Assembly: GCA_051439505.1 (NCBI GenBank)
Contig: JBFRWI010000169.1
Span: 1-18,076, forward strand
Length of the DNA: 18,076 nt
Direction of reading: 5' to 3'
From: Hormoscilla sp.
GTDB lineage: Bacteria; Cyanobacteriota; Cyanobacteriia; Cyanobacteriales; Desertifilaceae
Part shown: piece after piece, positions 17,240-18,076 of the stretch
How the letters are laid out: each line of letters begins with the position of its first letter
How positions within the stretch are numbered: position 1 is the stretch's first letter
The notes under the pieces: model-generated
Database searches by the model: none
Told to the model about the DNA's origin: nothing
Seen by the model: only the letters and a program-made list of their open reading frames with translations
Program-made: the position numbers and the translations under genes

Positions 17240-17470
17240 GGGAAAAGGTAAATTTTTTTCCCCTCTCTAGGTAGATATTTATTTTATCTTCATTGAACGT
17301 GATACTCTACCCATAAATGGGCGACAGGTGTGTGAGTCCGGTTGTAGTATCGTAAAATGAAGGAAGTATAAGACGATCGGGTTATGAATGGGAATATCTG
17401 TTAATCGGAAAATCGGTTTTGGCAAGGGGGCCCATGGGCGCGATCGCATGTAATTGATAGCCATCTGACA

Positions 17471-17536
17471 AGAAACCGGGTCTACTGCGACCAATGGTTA
17501 AGGAAAAAAGCAGCCATAACATCAATAACCCGGTTT
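17471..17536. repeat. Degenerate AGAAACCGGG doublet
   Basis: AGAAACCGGGTCTACT..TGGTTAAGGAA..ATAACCCGGTTT. The spacer resembles that of the 2055-2119 doublet (CTACT..TGGCTAAGGAA). Confidence 0.65.
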
Positions 17537-17645
17537 GGATCCCCCCAGGGAGAGGTATTCGCAGTAGCAAAAGACCCCCGATCGCATCCCTGTAATACCA
17601 TTTTGTTAAAGATATGATAGACTTGACGGTAGCACTCATTCTCAG

Positions 17646-17692
17646 GAGGCGGAGCCTCAGAAGACCGTTCCCAGGTAGAACCTGGGAACGAG
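17646..17692. repeat. GAGGCGGAGCCTC + CGTTCCCAGG..CCTGGGAACGAG hairpin repeat
   Basis: Two adjacent hairpins; the second is related to 12681-12709. Confidence 0.8.
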
Positions 17693-17757
17693 AGGGTAGG
17701 TTTTTTCTCTATCATAACTTTAATAAATTGGTATAATACATGGCTATCCTAGGGGCT

Positions 17758-18075
17758 CTACAAAACAGAGCCCCCATAAAGATAACCTATATGTGGATTT
17801 AGGTTCGACCTTAAACACAGTTCTTTAAATACAGTCATTGCCATGGCATTTAAGAGAGAATCCCCTGCTTGGCGATCGGAATTATTTACCCGTTCAAACC
17901 ACTCCATTAAAGTCTCAGACTTAAATAAATTTATCTCAGCACAATCCACATATTTCTCCTTGAAAGGCTGCCAAATACGCTTGATGATCTTCTCTTTCAT
18001 CCGATAATATATTAACGGCTCACTGCCGCCAGATTTACTCCGTTCCACCCAATCATTATGAAGCCAGTCTGAAGC
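17758..18075 (-). CDS. C-terminal part of a hypothetical protein running off the right edge
   Basis: The frame stays open to the window end (..ASDWLHNDWVERSKSGGSEPLIYYRMKEK..YLYGGSVL*). No recognised motif. Confidence 0.6.
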   Translation of the reverse strand, partial: ASDWLHNDWVERSKSGGSEPLIYYRMKEKIIKRIWQPFKEKYVDCAEINLFKSETLMEWFERVNNSDRQAGDSLLNAMAMTVFKELCLRSNLNPHIGYLYGGSVL

Positions 18076-18076
18076 C

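Noticed and set aside
16774..17715. Short ORFs in the right-hand intergenic region
   Set aside because: They overlap on both strands, are built largely from repeat or hairpin sequence, and have no RBS or protein motifs.

Overview
Cyanobacterial chromosomal window. Many HIP1 GCGATCGC sites and the AGAAACCGGGTTTCT and GTAG-footed repeats suggest a filamentous Oscillatoriales-like host (inference). Left to right: a GC-rich sbtA-sbtB bicarbonate-uptake pair; a minus-strand menF-hypothetical-menD block, with menD carrying an in-frame insertion built from dispersed repeats; an SGNH/GDSL hydrolase; a ~1060-aa acidic fusion (RTX-type repeats, two Calx-beta-like repeats, two tandem polar-amino-acid binding domains) with no permease nearby; a truncated duplicate of a desaturase 5' end, an xisH 3' remnant, xisI and the intact desaturase; a DUF433/DUF5615 toxin-antitoxin pair; nested MITEs, one with a clean 9-bp target duplication; a PEP-CTERM gene converging on a REP-associated HUH tyrosine transposase (RAYT/TnpA-REP); an array of repeat doublets; a candidate ~200-nt structured ncRNA with its own sigma70-type promoter and terminator-like hairpin, upstream of the RAYT on the same strand; and a partial hypothetical gene at the right edge. 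The best candidate for an undescribed system is the ncRNA + repeat array + RAYT + PEP-CTERM module (about 14350-17240). All calls were made by eye, with no database searches.
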